Of a stretch of DNA of 64,000 nt, positions 19,537 to 28,941 are shown piece after piece; positions within the stretch are counted from its first letter, which is position 1; each line of letters begins with the position of its first letter. The position numbers were made by a program, and so were the translations under genes. Source of the DNA: a virus; IMG/VR virus record IMGVR_UViG_3300027313_000002, positions 1 to 64,000 of that record; one strand, written 5' to 3'. Under the pieces are notes generated by a model, which saw nothing but the letters and a program-made list of their open reading frames with translations, did no database searches and was not told the origin of the DNA.

Positions 19537-19566
19537 ATTGTCTCAAGTCAAGTTGACTCAAGTCAA
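19537..19566 (-). promoter_or_regulatory. Promoter TTGACT-N18-GACAAT covered by tandem operators (19538-19551, 19553-19566)
   Basis: Read directly. Confidence 0.85.
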
Positions 19567-19743
19567 GTGCTGGCGTCCGATCCCCCGGATTCTTTTCCTG
19601 ATTTCGGGTCGCCGGCAGGGTGGATGTGCTCCATCGACAAGCTGGCGTACTCGTCCCATGACTCGTGCAGCCAGCCCGGCTCGGGCTCGCCGGCCAGGTG
19701 CGCCACGCCGGCGCCCTCGGTCAGCCTCTCCACCGCCGGCCCC

Positions 19744-22085
19744 TCACAGCCGGTGCCCGAGGCGGAACCCGCCGGGCAGGCGGATGCTGCCGTACCAGCC
19801 CCGGCCGTAGGTGTAGTACAGGTTCGGGTGCGCGCCGTGCGCCCGGTAGTGCCGGCGGTGGCTGCGCGCCCCGCCGGCCAGGTGCGCCACGGCCAGCACG
19901 GCCAGCACCAGGCCCGCGATCACCAGACCTCCCATGGTCAGTTACCTCCTCAGTCCATCGGCAGCGGCGGCTCGCGCCAGCGGCGCGGGCCGAAGACGTA
20001 GGCCGCCCAGGCCGCCACGGCGACCGCCGCGGCCACCGTGGCCGGGAACGGCCAGAAGACATACCCGGCGGCCAGCGCGCCGGCCACCACGGCGGGCCCG
20101 GCCGACATCACCGCCCGGTACCAGGGCGGGCGGGCCAGCCAGCGGGCGTGGTGCCCGGTCGGGGAGGCGCCCAGCCAGCCGTGGTCGGCGCAGCCGTGCG
20201 CCACGGTCAGCCCGGCGGCCAGGATCACCAGCGCCAGCGCCCACCCGGTCACGGCACGGCCTGCTTCTGCTCCGCGGAGGCCTCCCAGCAGATCCGGCAC
20301 AGCCCGGCGTCCTGCCCGGCCCGCGGGTGACGGCCGCGGAACTGCGCGGCCACCACCGCCTCGCGCTGCCCGCAGTCGGTGCACCGCTCCGGGGGCTCCG
20401 GCGGCGCCGGGCGGCGCCAGGGCAGCCTCACGGGATCACCTCGAACTCGGTCATGTCCAGCGTGCCCGGGGCGTCATCGGGGCCCAGCGGCACGCCGCGC
20501 AGCAGCGCCGGGCGATCCGGGCCCGGCAGGGCCGGGCGGGCGGGGGCCGGCCAGCGGTACGGCGGCGGGTCCGGCAGCGGCGCCGGCGAGGGAGCAGGCG
20601 GGCCGGACGGGTCCAGGCCGGCGGCGATGACCAGGTCGCGGTCCACGGGCGGCGCGCCGGGCGTGACCCGGAACCCGGGCAGCGGGGCCGGGCGGGGGAC
20701 CCGGCGGGCACCGCGGCGCAGCGCGATGACGCCCCAGGCGAGCGCGCCGGCCGCCAGCGAGGCCTCGATCACGATCCCGGCCACCAGCGCCCGGACCACC
20801 CCGGCCGCGATCACCGTCCCGGCGAAGATGACCCCGCCGCCGATCAGGGCCCACGGGAAGCACTGCGCCGCCGCGCACTGGCGCGCGCACCAGGCCGCGT
20901 AGGCGGCATATGCCGCCCTCACGAGGCCCGCCCCCGGCGGCGGCGCAGCGCGGCCAGGGCCCGCGACAGGTCCGCGGCCAGGGCCCGGCCGGACAGCTGC
21001 GCCCACGGGAAGGCGCTCACGAGGCCCGCCCCCGCTCCCGCTCGTCCAGCACGTCGGTGACGTGCGCGGGCAGGTCCATCCGGGCCACCTCGCGGCGCCA
21101 GCCGCCGCGGGACGCGCCGCGCCGGGCGCCGGAGGCCCGCCACTCCTCGTACCCGGCGGTGCCCTTGAGGTTCTCCAGGTCCAGCCGGTCGATGAAGGTG
21201 AACTGGGTCAGCCGGGCCTGGTGCCGGTCCCGGCACGGGAACACCCGCACCTCGGCGATCCGGCCGGTCCCGCCGCCGTCCCCGCGCGGCCCGCCCGGGG
21301 CCAGCGGCACCCCGGCGCAGCCGTGCCTGCGCACCTTGGCGCCCAGGCGCTCCCACAGGTTCTCGGTCTCCCCGGCGTCGAACCAGCGGGTCGGCCGGCC
21401 GCCGCGCGGGGCGTCCTCGGCCAGCAGGTAGGCCCAGGCGCCCGGGCACAGCGCGAACCGCAGCCCGCCGAACACCGCGAACAGGTCCTCCGGGAACGCC
21501 AGCGGGGCCGCGGGCGGCGCCGCGGGCCGGTTCTTGCGGCCTCTCACGTAAATCCTCCTTCACGGGCGGCGCGGGGGGTGTCATTTTTTCCCGCGCCGGG
21601 CGGGCCCGGGCGGAAGATCTCCGGCCCGCGGCGGTCCCCGGGCCCGGGTGCTAGCAGTATGGCAGTACGGGCATGCCCGTACTGATAGCAGTATGGCAGT
21701 ACGGGCATGCCCTGCTGTATATCAGTACGGTCATGCCAGCGCGCTAGCGGCCCCGGCCCAGGCAGCGCTCGCACAGGTGCCGCTCGGTCACGCCGTCGTC
21801 CCAGGTGACGCTCAGGTGCACGCCCCGGTCCCGGGACCCGCAGCGCGGGCAGGTCCGGGCCGGGCGGGCCAGCCACATGCCCAGCGCCAGCGCGCCGAGG
21901 GCCGCCGCGGCCAGCGCCAGCGCGCCGCGATGCCCGGTGCCCAGCCCGGCCGCGAGCAGGGCCAGGGCGGGCACGGCCGCCAGCGGCACGGCGCGGACCA
22001 TCCGGCGGTGCCGCCGCGCCACCGCGGCCGGGTCGTTCCTGCTGGTCATCGGGGCCTCCGGGGGGCTCGGGTACCCCTCCAGCAT
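19744..22085 (-). CDS. Run of small hypothetical and membrane genes (19744-19935, 19950-~20252, 20249-20431, 20428-~20910, 21017-21547, 21744-~22049)
   Basis: Overlapping ORFs with TM segments and CxxC pairs. Confidence 0.55.
21652..21737. repeat. Intergenic repeat cluster: two 27-bp direct repeats, a 22-bp perfect palindrome and six CAGTAYGG octamers (clt/iteron/operator-like)
   Basis: TAGCAGTATGGCAGTACGGGCATGCCC at 21652-21678 and 21686-21712; CAGTACGGGCATGCCCGTACTG at 21663-21684. Confidence 0.9.
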
Positions 22086-22110
22086 ACCACGGGGGCTTGA
22101 CTGGAGTCAA
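22081..22110 (-). promoter_or_regulatory. Promoter TTGACT-N18-TATGCT with operator 22097-22110
   Basis: Read directly; last operator copy in the window. Confidence 0.85.
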
Positions 22111-22588
22111 GGGGGGCGGGGGGCACTGAGCGGGGGGCCGGGGGCAGGGCGCAGGCCACCGCACAGCGCCGGCTGCCGGCTGACTATATATTTGCTCCGC
22201 TTCCGGCCCTGCAGGTGCCCGGGCAATCTCCCTGCAATCTCCCCCCCTTCCGCTGACCGGGGGGCGTACTGACGCTGACAGCATGACCTACGTGCACCCC
22301 CTGACGCCGGCCAGCGGGTCGCAGCTGGCCAGCCTCACCTCGGCGCCCCCGGTGTGCGGCCTCGGCTCTCCGGTCATCAGGCCGGGGGTCCAGTCGGCGC
22401 CGTTCGGATTTGAGAAGTTCACGGATGTCCTCCCTTGACGTGGCCCGCGCTGGCTGCCGCGGCGTTCACGGCCTCCCCCAGGCGGGCGATGAGATGGCCT
22501 GCGGCCTGGCCCGCGCCGTGCGGGTCCCGGGCCGCCAGGACCAGGACGGCCGCCGCGGCAGCGGCCAGGGCCAGGTGCGCGAGCGCGG

Positions 22589-24562
22589 TCACGCCTCCTC
22601 CCCGGGCTCGTCCCGCGGGTCCTCATCCTGCCCTGCCGCGGGCGGCGGCGCCTCGCAGACGGCCCAGTGCTTGACCGGCGCGTCGCCCAGGTACTGCACC
22701 ACGCCGCGGTCCTCCAGCACGGCCATGGCGCCCTCCGGGCCGTACAGCCAGGACCGGGACCGCCCGGCCCGCTGGCAGACCCCGGACTCGTTCAGGTCCC
22801 GGGCAGTCACCTCGGCCTGGCCGGCGGCGTTGCGCGGGCGGGCCGGGTCGTCACGCAGGGCCCACAGCAGGTCGCGGACCAGGGCGATGGCCTGCGCCGG
22901 GGCGGGCTTGGCCGCGGGCGGCGGCGCGCCCGCCTTATCGTACCGGCCACCCACGGGCCTGTCCGTGCTGGTAGGAGACGGGCCGGGCTTGGCCAGCAGC
23001 GCGTCCATCGTGCAGCCGTCCACCTCGCGGTCGCGGTCCTGGGCGTACTGCTGCACGTGCTCGAAGATGGCCTGCGCGCCGTCCCCCCAGGAGTACAGCC
23101 GGACCGGCAGCGCCTTGTCCGCGTCCGGGATGGTGAGCGTGTCCCACACGCTCATCCCCGGGTAGGACGCCCCCCACAGCTGCGGCCGGGCGCCCCGCTG
23201 CCGCTGGGTCTCGCTCAGCCCCAGCTCGGCCTGGCCGGCGTCGGCCACCCCGAAGCACACGTGGCCCTGCTGGGCGCGGGCTACCGTCGGGCCCTGGCTG
23301 TGGTGCACCGACTGCTGGGAGGAGTCGGCCCGGATGCCGGCCGACCGGACGTTGCGCTGCAGGGACACCCACAGGTCCTCCAGCTGCTTGCGGTCCAGCA
23401 GCGCCAGGATGTCCGGGGTCTCCTCGAAGAGGGCGTGCAGGTAGCTCAGGCCGCAGCCCCGCTCCCACTCGGTCATCTTGCGCTTCGCCAGGTAGTCGCA
23501 GCGGGCCAGCCGGGCCCGCTTGAGCGCGTACAGCAGCTCGACGGCATCCTCGGGCTCCACGGCCAGCGGCAGCGCCATCGCTGCCTCCAGCGCGCCGAGG
23601 AACTGGCGCCGCTTGGCGACGTCCGCGGCCACCACCGCGTAGTCGCGCCGGGTGACGCCCTCGGCGATCATGTTCCAGGCGTAGCCCATCGACTTGGCCG
23701 ACCCGGACTGGCCCATCACCTTGACCGAGTGCGAGGGCAGCAGGCGGTACAGGAACAGGTCGGAGTCCTGCCGCAGGCCGAGGCGGAACGGCGCATCAGC
23801 GATGCTCTCCCCGGGAGCGGACGGCCCCGGCCACGGGACGGGCCCGCGCAGCAGCACCTGCGGGTCGGTGATCTTGACGTTGCCGACCCCCGCGTCGCCC
23901 AGGTCGCTGGTCACCGTCCAGCTGCCCGGCGGGTGCCGCAGGGCGGCCTCCACCCGCTCGATGTCCTCAGCGGCCTCGCCGACCACCATGCCGTCCGGCA
24001 GCTGCAGCCCGGCCTCGGTCACCACCGCCCGCTGGCCGCCCGCCGGGGACCCGGCCCGGCGGTGCCGGACGCTGAACAGCCGGGCGCCCTGCATGCCGAC
24101 CGGCTCGGCCTTGGCCGCGAACGCCTTGGCCAGGTCCCGGTTGTCGCCCGCGCTCAGCCACAGGTCCCAGATGACGCAGGCGCACAGCCCGCCCAGGAAG
24201 TAGGCCATCGCCAGCACCCGGCCGAAGCCGAAGATCAGGAACGCGGCCAGCGCCAGGGCGGCCAACGCCGCGGTGACCGGGCCGATCAGCCGACCGACCA
24301 CGGCGGCCCGGTGCCAGCGCAGGTGCAGGTCGAAGCCGGTCACGGCGGTGCCCAGCGCCAGCACCGTCAGCACCGTCCCGGCCCGGAACCAGAACCCGCT
24401 CTCGATGAGCAGGAACAGCTTCAGCACCAGCCCGGTCAGGGTCAGCCCGATCCAGGCGCCCCAGGGCAGCACCATGTGCCAGAGCTTGATCAGGACCTCG
24501 TTCCGGCCGCTCTGGTGCTGCGCGGACGGCGTCGGCCGCCCGCTGACGGTCCGGCTAGGCAC
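22589..24562 (-). CDS. traB: TraB-like FtsK/SpoIIIE conjugative DNA translocase
   Basis: Four N-terminal TMs; PWPGPSAPGESI motif; Walker A GQSGSAKS; Walker B LHALFEE; RSAGI; C-terminal wHTH (RSRSWLY). Confidence 0.85.
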   Translation of the reverse strand: MPSRTVSGRPTPSAQHQSGRNEVLIKLWHMVLPWGAWIGLTLTGLVLKLFLLIESGFWFRAGTVLTVLALGTAVTGFDLHLRWHRAAVVGRLIGPVTAALAALALAAFLIFGFGRVLAMAYFLGGLCACVIWDLWLSAGDNRDLAKAFAAKAEPVGMQGARLFSVRHRRAGSPAGGQRAVVTEAGLQLPDGMVVGEAAEDIERVEAALRHPPGSWTVTSDLGDAGVGNVKITDPQVLLRGPVPWPGPSAPGESIADAPFRLGLRQDSDLFLYRLLPSHSVKVMGQSGSAKSMGYAWNMIAEGVTRRDYAVVAADVAKRRQFLGALEAAMALPLAVEPEDAVELLYALKRARLARCDYLAKRKMTEWERGCGLSYLHALFEETPDILALLDRKQLEDLWVSLQRNVRSAGIRADSSQQSVHHSQGPTVARAQQGHVCFGVADAGQAELGLSETQRQRGARPQLWGASYPGMSVWDTLTIPDADKALPVRLYSWGDGAQAIFEHVQQYAQDRDREVDGCTMDALLAKPGPSPTSTDRPVGGRYDKAGAPPPAAKPAPAQAIALVRDLLWALRDDPARPRNAAGQAEVTARDLNESGVCQRAGRSRSWLYGPEGAMAVLEDRGVVQYLGDAPVKHWAVCEAPPPAAGQDEDPRDEPGEEA

Positions 24563-25289
24563 GGCTCACCTCCGGCGCGTGCCCGTTGACGTGCTCGCGC
24601 AGCAGCTGGCTGGCCGACTGGCGGCTGCAGCCGAGATCGCGGGCCAGCTCGTTGCGGCCCCCGGCGGCGGCCACCCGGCGCGCCAGCTCCTCCGGCGGCA
24701 GCTTGCGCCACTCGGGAATGGCGCCCGCCCTGCCACGCGGCTTGCGCCCGGCAGGGCGGCGCTGGACCCGCCGGGGGGCGCCGGGCCCGGGTGAGGCAGG
24801 CTCCTGCTCCGGCGCGCTCCCGGCGGCGGGCTCAGGCTCCGGCTGCGCCTCCGCGGCAGCCGGGGTCTCGCTGGCCATCCGCACCAGCCACACGGTCAGC
24901 TCATAGGCGGCGACGAACGCCACCGCGGGCCAGGCGCTGATGCCCGGCCGCAGCCACACGCCCCACGAGGGGTAATCCGGCGACAGGTTGATGATGATGG
25001 TGACCGCGATGCCGGCGATCAGCACCAGCCAGGCAGGCACGGTCCGCCAGAAACTCGCGTGCTTGCGGGCCGCCGCCCAGACGGCCAGGGTGGCGGCGAC
25101 GATCAGGCCGTCCACGCTCCACGGGAACAGCCCCGCATCCCAGTGCGCCTGGCCGTACCGGATGGCCTGCTCGTACTGATGCTGGTAAGACCCGGATGCA
25201 GCGACGCCCGCGACGAACGCGGTCACCGCGCAGGCGGCGGCGACCAGCCGCCAGGACTGCTCGATGCGGAGCCAGGACGGCACCTGCAT
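24555..25289 (-). CDS. DUF2637 / Spd-like membrane protein with C-terminal HTH
   Basis: SYQHQYEQAIRYG...FPWSVDGL...ISAWPAVAFVAAYEL; RNELARDLGCSRQSA. Confidence 0.8.
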   Translation of the reverse strand: MQVPSWLRIEQSWRLVAAACAVTAFVAGVAASGSYQHQYEQAIRYGQAHWDAGLFPWSVDGLIVAATLAVWAAARKHASFWRTVPAWLVLIAGIAVTIIINLSPDYPSWGVWLRPGISAWPAVAFVAAYELTVWLVRMASETPAAAEAQPEPEPAAGSAPEQEPASPGPGAPRRVQRRPAGRKPRGRAGAIPEWRKLPPEELARRVAAAGGRNELARDLGCSRQSASQLLREHVNGHAPEVSRA

Positions 25290-25552
25290 CAGGCCACCTC
25301 CTCGGCCGGGCGCTCCGCCCACCACGCGGCGGTCACCTCGGACATGTCCCCGGGACCGCTGCGCCCGGCCGAGGCCCGCACCGCATCCAGCCAGCTGACG
25401 TAGACCGACAGCTGCCCGCCGAAGGTGCGCACCGACGGCATCCGCCCGGCGTTCGCCCACTCGCGCAGCGCATCCTCCGAGCGGCCGAGCAGCCGGGCTG
25501 CCATCGGCAGGGTGGTCAGCCGCTCCAGCCGCTCCCATCCGGTTACCGCCAT
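25289..25552 (-). CDS. Xis/AlpA-like HTH DNA-binding protein
   Basis: TLPMAARLLGRSEDALREWANAGRMPSVRTFGG. Confidence 0.8.
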   Translation of the reverse strand: MAVTGWERLERLTTLPMAARLLGRSEDALREWANAGRMPSVRTFGGQLSVYVSWLDAVRASAGRSGPGDMSEVTAAWWAERPAEEVA

Positions 25553-25698
25553 CCGCCTGGTCCTCCCGGGGAATCCTGGGAATCTCCGTATCCGGCCAAT
25601 GTACTGCGTACCGTACACGACCGCAAGCAACCGGCTTACCGTTTCATCAGGCCCGACGTAAGATCAGGGCGTACCATCACCAGCACACGGAGGACGCG

Positions 25699-26466
25699 GT
25701 GTCTCCTCGGGCCCAGCGCACGCTGCCGCTGCACCAGCAGATTTACGACCACTACGAGCAGCTCATCACCGACGGGAACCTGCAGCCAGGCGACAAGCTG
25801 CCGTCCGTCCGCCGGACCGCCGAGGAGTGGGGCACCGGCCAGCAGGCCGCCCAGCACGCCTACGCACTGCTGCGCGCGGCCAAGCTGACCCGGACCAGCA
25901 CCGAGGGGACCTTCGTCGCGCAGCGTCGCGCCACCTACGGCCCGCAGCAGCGGGCCCGGTCGGTGCGGTTCTCCCCGGGCACCTCCACCGATGTCCGGGA
26001 CGCGGGCAGAGTCCTGATCACGCCGCCGCACCCGTGGGATTACGTCATCGCGATCCTCGGCCTGGAGCCCGACCATGAGGGCGACTTCGAGGTGATCCGG
26101 CGCGAGGAGCTGATCAGCGACGAGGGCGGACCGGTCATGCTGCTGGTCACCTGGGCCTCGCCGGGCTGGCTGCCGCGGGTGCCCGAGCTGGCCGTGGCCG
26201 ACATCCTGCCGGACCCGCGCGGCGCGGCGCACCTGATCGCGGACCGCTGGCCAGTCACGGTCGAATGGGGCGAGTACTCCGACGAGACCCGGCTGCCGAT
26301 GGACGACGGCCGCGAAATCCCGCTGCTGGAGCTGGCACCCGGTGAATACGTGGGCGGCAAGACCTGGAAGTGGGGCCACGGCGCCGGCGAGGCCGAGCAG
26401 CTGCTCGCCTACGAGGAGGCCACAGTCAAGCGGAACCGGGTCATCCGGCTGTACATCGAGCCCTAG
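25699..26466 (+). CDS. GntR (HutC/UTRA) regulator, KorA/TraR-like
   Basis: LHQQIYD...GNLQPGDKLPSVR...GTFV wHTH plus UTRA-like C-terminus; divergent from the tra operon. Confidence 0.88.
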   Translation: MSPRAQRTLPLHQQIYDHYEQLITDGNLQPGDKLPSVRRTAEEWGTGQQAAQHAYALLRAAKLTRTSTEGTFVAQRRATYGPQQRARSVRFSPGTSTDVRDAGRVLITPPHPWDYVIAILGLEPDHEGDFEVIRREELISDEGGPVMLLVTWASPGWLPRVPELAVADILPDPRGAAHLIADRWPVTVEWGEYSDETRLPMDDGREIPLLELAPGEYVGGKTWKWGHGAGEAEQLLAYEEATVKRNRVIRLYIEP

Positions 26467-26984
26467 CCGAGCACATCCTCGGCGAACGAGGCGTAGACCC
26501 ACTCGGTGGCCAGCGCCAGCGGCACCTCGCCGGCACCGCGCGGCAGCCACAGCATCCCGGCAGACAGCAGCGCGACCCGGGCGCCCAGGGGGGACCGCCT
26601 GCCCGGCTCGGTGTCGGCGCTCAGCTGCTCCCGGCGCACGTGGTAGCGCTCCAGCGCCCGGCCCAGCGGCACGGCCGAGGCGAGCAGCTGCTCGCGCACC
26701 TCCGCGTCGGGGATGCGGCCCGGGATGTAGGTGGCCTGGACCTCGGCGATGCGGGCGCCGCTGACCGTGCGCAGGAAGCCGGACCGCCAGGCCGCGATCA
26801 TCCCCCCGGGAGCCTGCAGCAGCCGCCGCTCCGCGCCGGTCAGGCAGGTCTCGTGCCACCGGGCGGTCACCTCGGCGGTCACCTCCTCGCCGGCCAGCTT
26901 CTCGGCCAGCGCGGTGAAGGTGAGGGCGCCGTCCAGCATGCCTGCTAGTTCGGCAGCCGGGGACAGCCGTGTCTCTGTCGCCAT
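26463..26984 (-). CDS. Chorismate pyruvate-lyase (UbiC/Rv2949c)-fold protein
   Basis: TFTALAE...AWRSGFLR...YIPGRIP...PLGRAL...ATEW pattern. Confidence 0.6.
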   Translation of the reverse strand: MATETRLSPAAELAGMLDGALTFTALAEKLAGEEVTAEVTARWHETCLTGAERRLLQAPGGMIAAWRSGFLRTVSGARIAEVQATYIPGRIPDAEVREQLLASAVPLGRALERYHVRREQLSADTEPGRRSPLGARVALLSAGMLWLPRGAGEVPLALATEWVYASFAEDVLG

Positions 26985-27149
26985 GCTGATGTTCCTTCCA
27001 GCATGGCCGGGCCGGGGGTACTCCCCGGGCCAACGGTTCTTCGCCCCGGGCCCGGCCGCTACGGAGCGCGTCCACAGCCTCGCGTCAAGTGAACGCCGCC
27101 CTCCTACCGTGCCCCCGGGCACGGAGCGCTGTCAAGAGGCCGCACATGG

Positions 27150-27184
27150 CGAGCGCCCTGCGGACGCAGACCGCAGGGCGCTCG
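27150..27184 (-). terminator. Stem-loop (14-bp stem)
   Basis: cgagcgccctgcgg ... ccgcagggcgctcg immediately after the 27201 stop. Confidence 0.65.
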
Positions 27185-27200
27185 GGTCAGGGGGCAGGGA

Positions 27201-27962
27201 TCAGGTGGCAGGAGCGAACGGGTAGATGGTCCTGGTCTTGGTCGGGGTAGGGACCGGGACCGGCACTGACGCCAGCCTGGACGTGCCGACGGCCTGCACC
27301 TGGACGTCGAACACGGTCGGGGTGCCGAGCGCGCCCGGGTCATAGTTCAGGAACCAGGCCGCATTGAAGCTGTTGACGAAGCGCGGCAGGCTGCACTGCG
27401 GCTGGCCGTACTTCAGCCCCCTGGTCGGGAAGCTCCACATGCCCTCCAGGTCATACCGGCCCGAGCCGGTCACCCCGGCGTAGATGCCGGTGCCGGGGCC
27501 GAACCGCCAGGGCAGGTCGAACTGGCTGACCGTGATGGAGCAGGTGGCGCGGTCCACCCTCGCGCCGGACAGCGGGAAGTGCCGGATGTCCACGCCGTTC
27601 GGGCCCTGGAAGATGAAGCTGAGCACCTGGCTGAGCGTGGTGAGGTGACCGATGTCCAGCGAGACCGGGCCGGTGGCGATCACGTAGCCGTCCGGGTCAG
27701 CAGTGCCGACGTTGATGTCGATGTCCTGCTGGCCAAACGGGGTGACGACCGGGGGAACGGTCTCGGTGACGGTCGGCGTCGGCAGTGGCTGGGTCGGCGT
27801 CGGCGTCACAGTGGGCTTGCCGGTCGAGTAGGTAGGCGTGGGCGTCGGGTGGTGCGTGCCCGCGAGCGCCGGGACGGTCATCGCGGCGAGCCCCCCCACG
27901 GCCAGCACGACCACCGTGCCGGCAGCCGCCCAGGCCTGCCTCGACGTCAGATGTCCGAACAT
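27201..27962 (-). CDS. Secreted protein with Pro/Thr-rich linker
   Basis: Signal peptide (PALA), PTPTPT repeats, four Cys-free-linker-flanked beta domain. Confidence 0.75.
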   Translation of the reverse strand: MFGHLTSRQAWAAAGTVVVLAVGGLAAMTVPALAGTHHPTPTPTYSTGKPTVTPTPTQPLPTPTVTETVPPVVTPFGQQDIDINVGTADPDGYVIATGPVSLDIGHLTTLSQVLSFIFQGPNGVDIRHFPLSGARVDRATCSITVSQFDLPWRFGPGTGIYAGVTGSGRYDLEGMWSFPTRGLKYGQPQCSLPRFVNSFNAAWFLNYDPGALGTPTVFDVQVQAVGTSRLASVPVPVPTPTKTRTIYPFAPAT

Positions 27963-28088
27963 GTTGGTCCTTTCCGTTGGTCTTGCGCTTGTCAGCGGAA
28001 GTAGCCGAACGGAAAGCCGCTATCGGACACCCGGAGCGCCAGCCCGCGATACGAGGTAACGAAAGGGCAACAACCTGCGCCCGGAAAC

Positions 28089-28814
28089 CTACGAGAAAAC
28101 GACAGTCGTCGCAAAAACCCACGCAGCCCCGGGCATCTTCTGGCCCAGCCCGCCCGCCGGGATTTTCCTGTTCAGCATGGCGGCCGACCCGCCCGTGGCG
28201 TACACCGAGGACAGCACCGGCCCGGCGGTCGGCACCCCGGCGCCCGAAGCCCAGCACCACTCCAGCCAGGTGAAGTTGGCGTTGCCCGCGGCGAAGGTGG
28301 ACTGCCCGTTGATCGTGGCGGGCAGGGTCAGCGTGGGATAGGTGGCGTCCATCGACTGGTACCAGCTGTTACCCGCGCCCTCCCCGCCGGCGTTGGACAG
28401 GTGCGTCTGGGTGGCCACGAACCCGGTGGCCCCGTCGATGCCCACCCCGATGCACGGCGCGCCTGCCGCGCCGCCGCCGGAGGCCAGGGTGAGCGGGCGC
28501 CCGGCGGCGCCGGACGGCGCGGCGCCGGTCAGCAGGTTGATCAGGTTGGTGAGCCCGCCGTTGACCATGGAATTGCCCTCGTCATAGGCGTAGCCGTCCT
28601 CCGGCCCGCCGGGGAACACCCGGCGCAGCCAGTCGCCGTGCAGGCGGGGCACCCTGATCCCGAGGAACTCGACGAGCAGGTGGCGGCCCCAGCTCAGCTC
28701 GCTCTCCAGCTTGCGCTGCGCCCAGGCGGCCTGGTCCGGGCTGTACTTCTCGACCGTGACCGTGGGGTACCAGCGGATGCTGTCCCGGCCCGTCCGCGGG
28801 CTCACGTCAGTCAC
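28089..28814 (-). CDS. Minor tail/virion protein
   Basis: GNSMVNGGL...IGVG...ATQTHL...ANFTWLEW pattern seen in phage tail-end proteins; position at the end of the tail module. Confidence 0.65.
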   Translation of the reverse strand: MTDVSPRTGRDSIRWYPTVTVEKYSPDQAAWAQRKLESELSWGRHLLVEFLGIRVPRLHGDWLRRVFPGGPEDGYAYDEGNSMVNGGLTNLINLLTGAAPSGAAGRPLTLASGGGAAGAPCIGVGIDGATGFVATQTHLSNAGGEGAGNSWYQSMDATYPTLTLPATINGQSTFAAGNANFTWLEWCWASGAGVPTAGPVLSSVYATGGSAAMLNRKIPAGGLGQKMPGAAWVFATTVVFS

Positions 28815-28941
28815 GGGCAGCTCCTCGGGCCGGCGAGTCGGGACTACCCGCTCCAATCGGCCCACCAGCGCCTTGGCGCGGTGTTAGGCTGCGCGGATTC
28901 CGTGCCGAATTTCCGGGTGGGGCTGATTCGAGGAGGCCGGT

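Noticed and set aside
21652-21737. Repeats as a mini CRISPR array
   Set aside because: Spacer only 7 bp, two full copies, no cas genes
990-22110. Operator as the HspR HAIR site or as CRISPR repeats
   Set aside because: HAIR is CTTGAGT-N7-ACTCAAG with different spacing; copies are dispersed and tied to promoters
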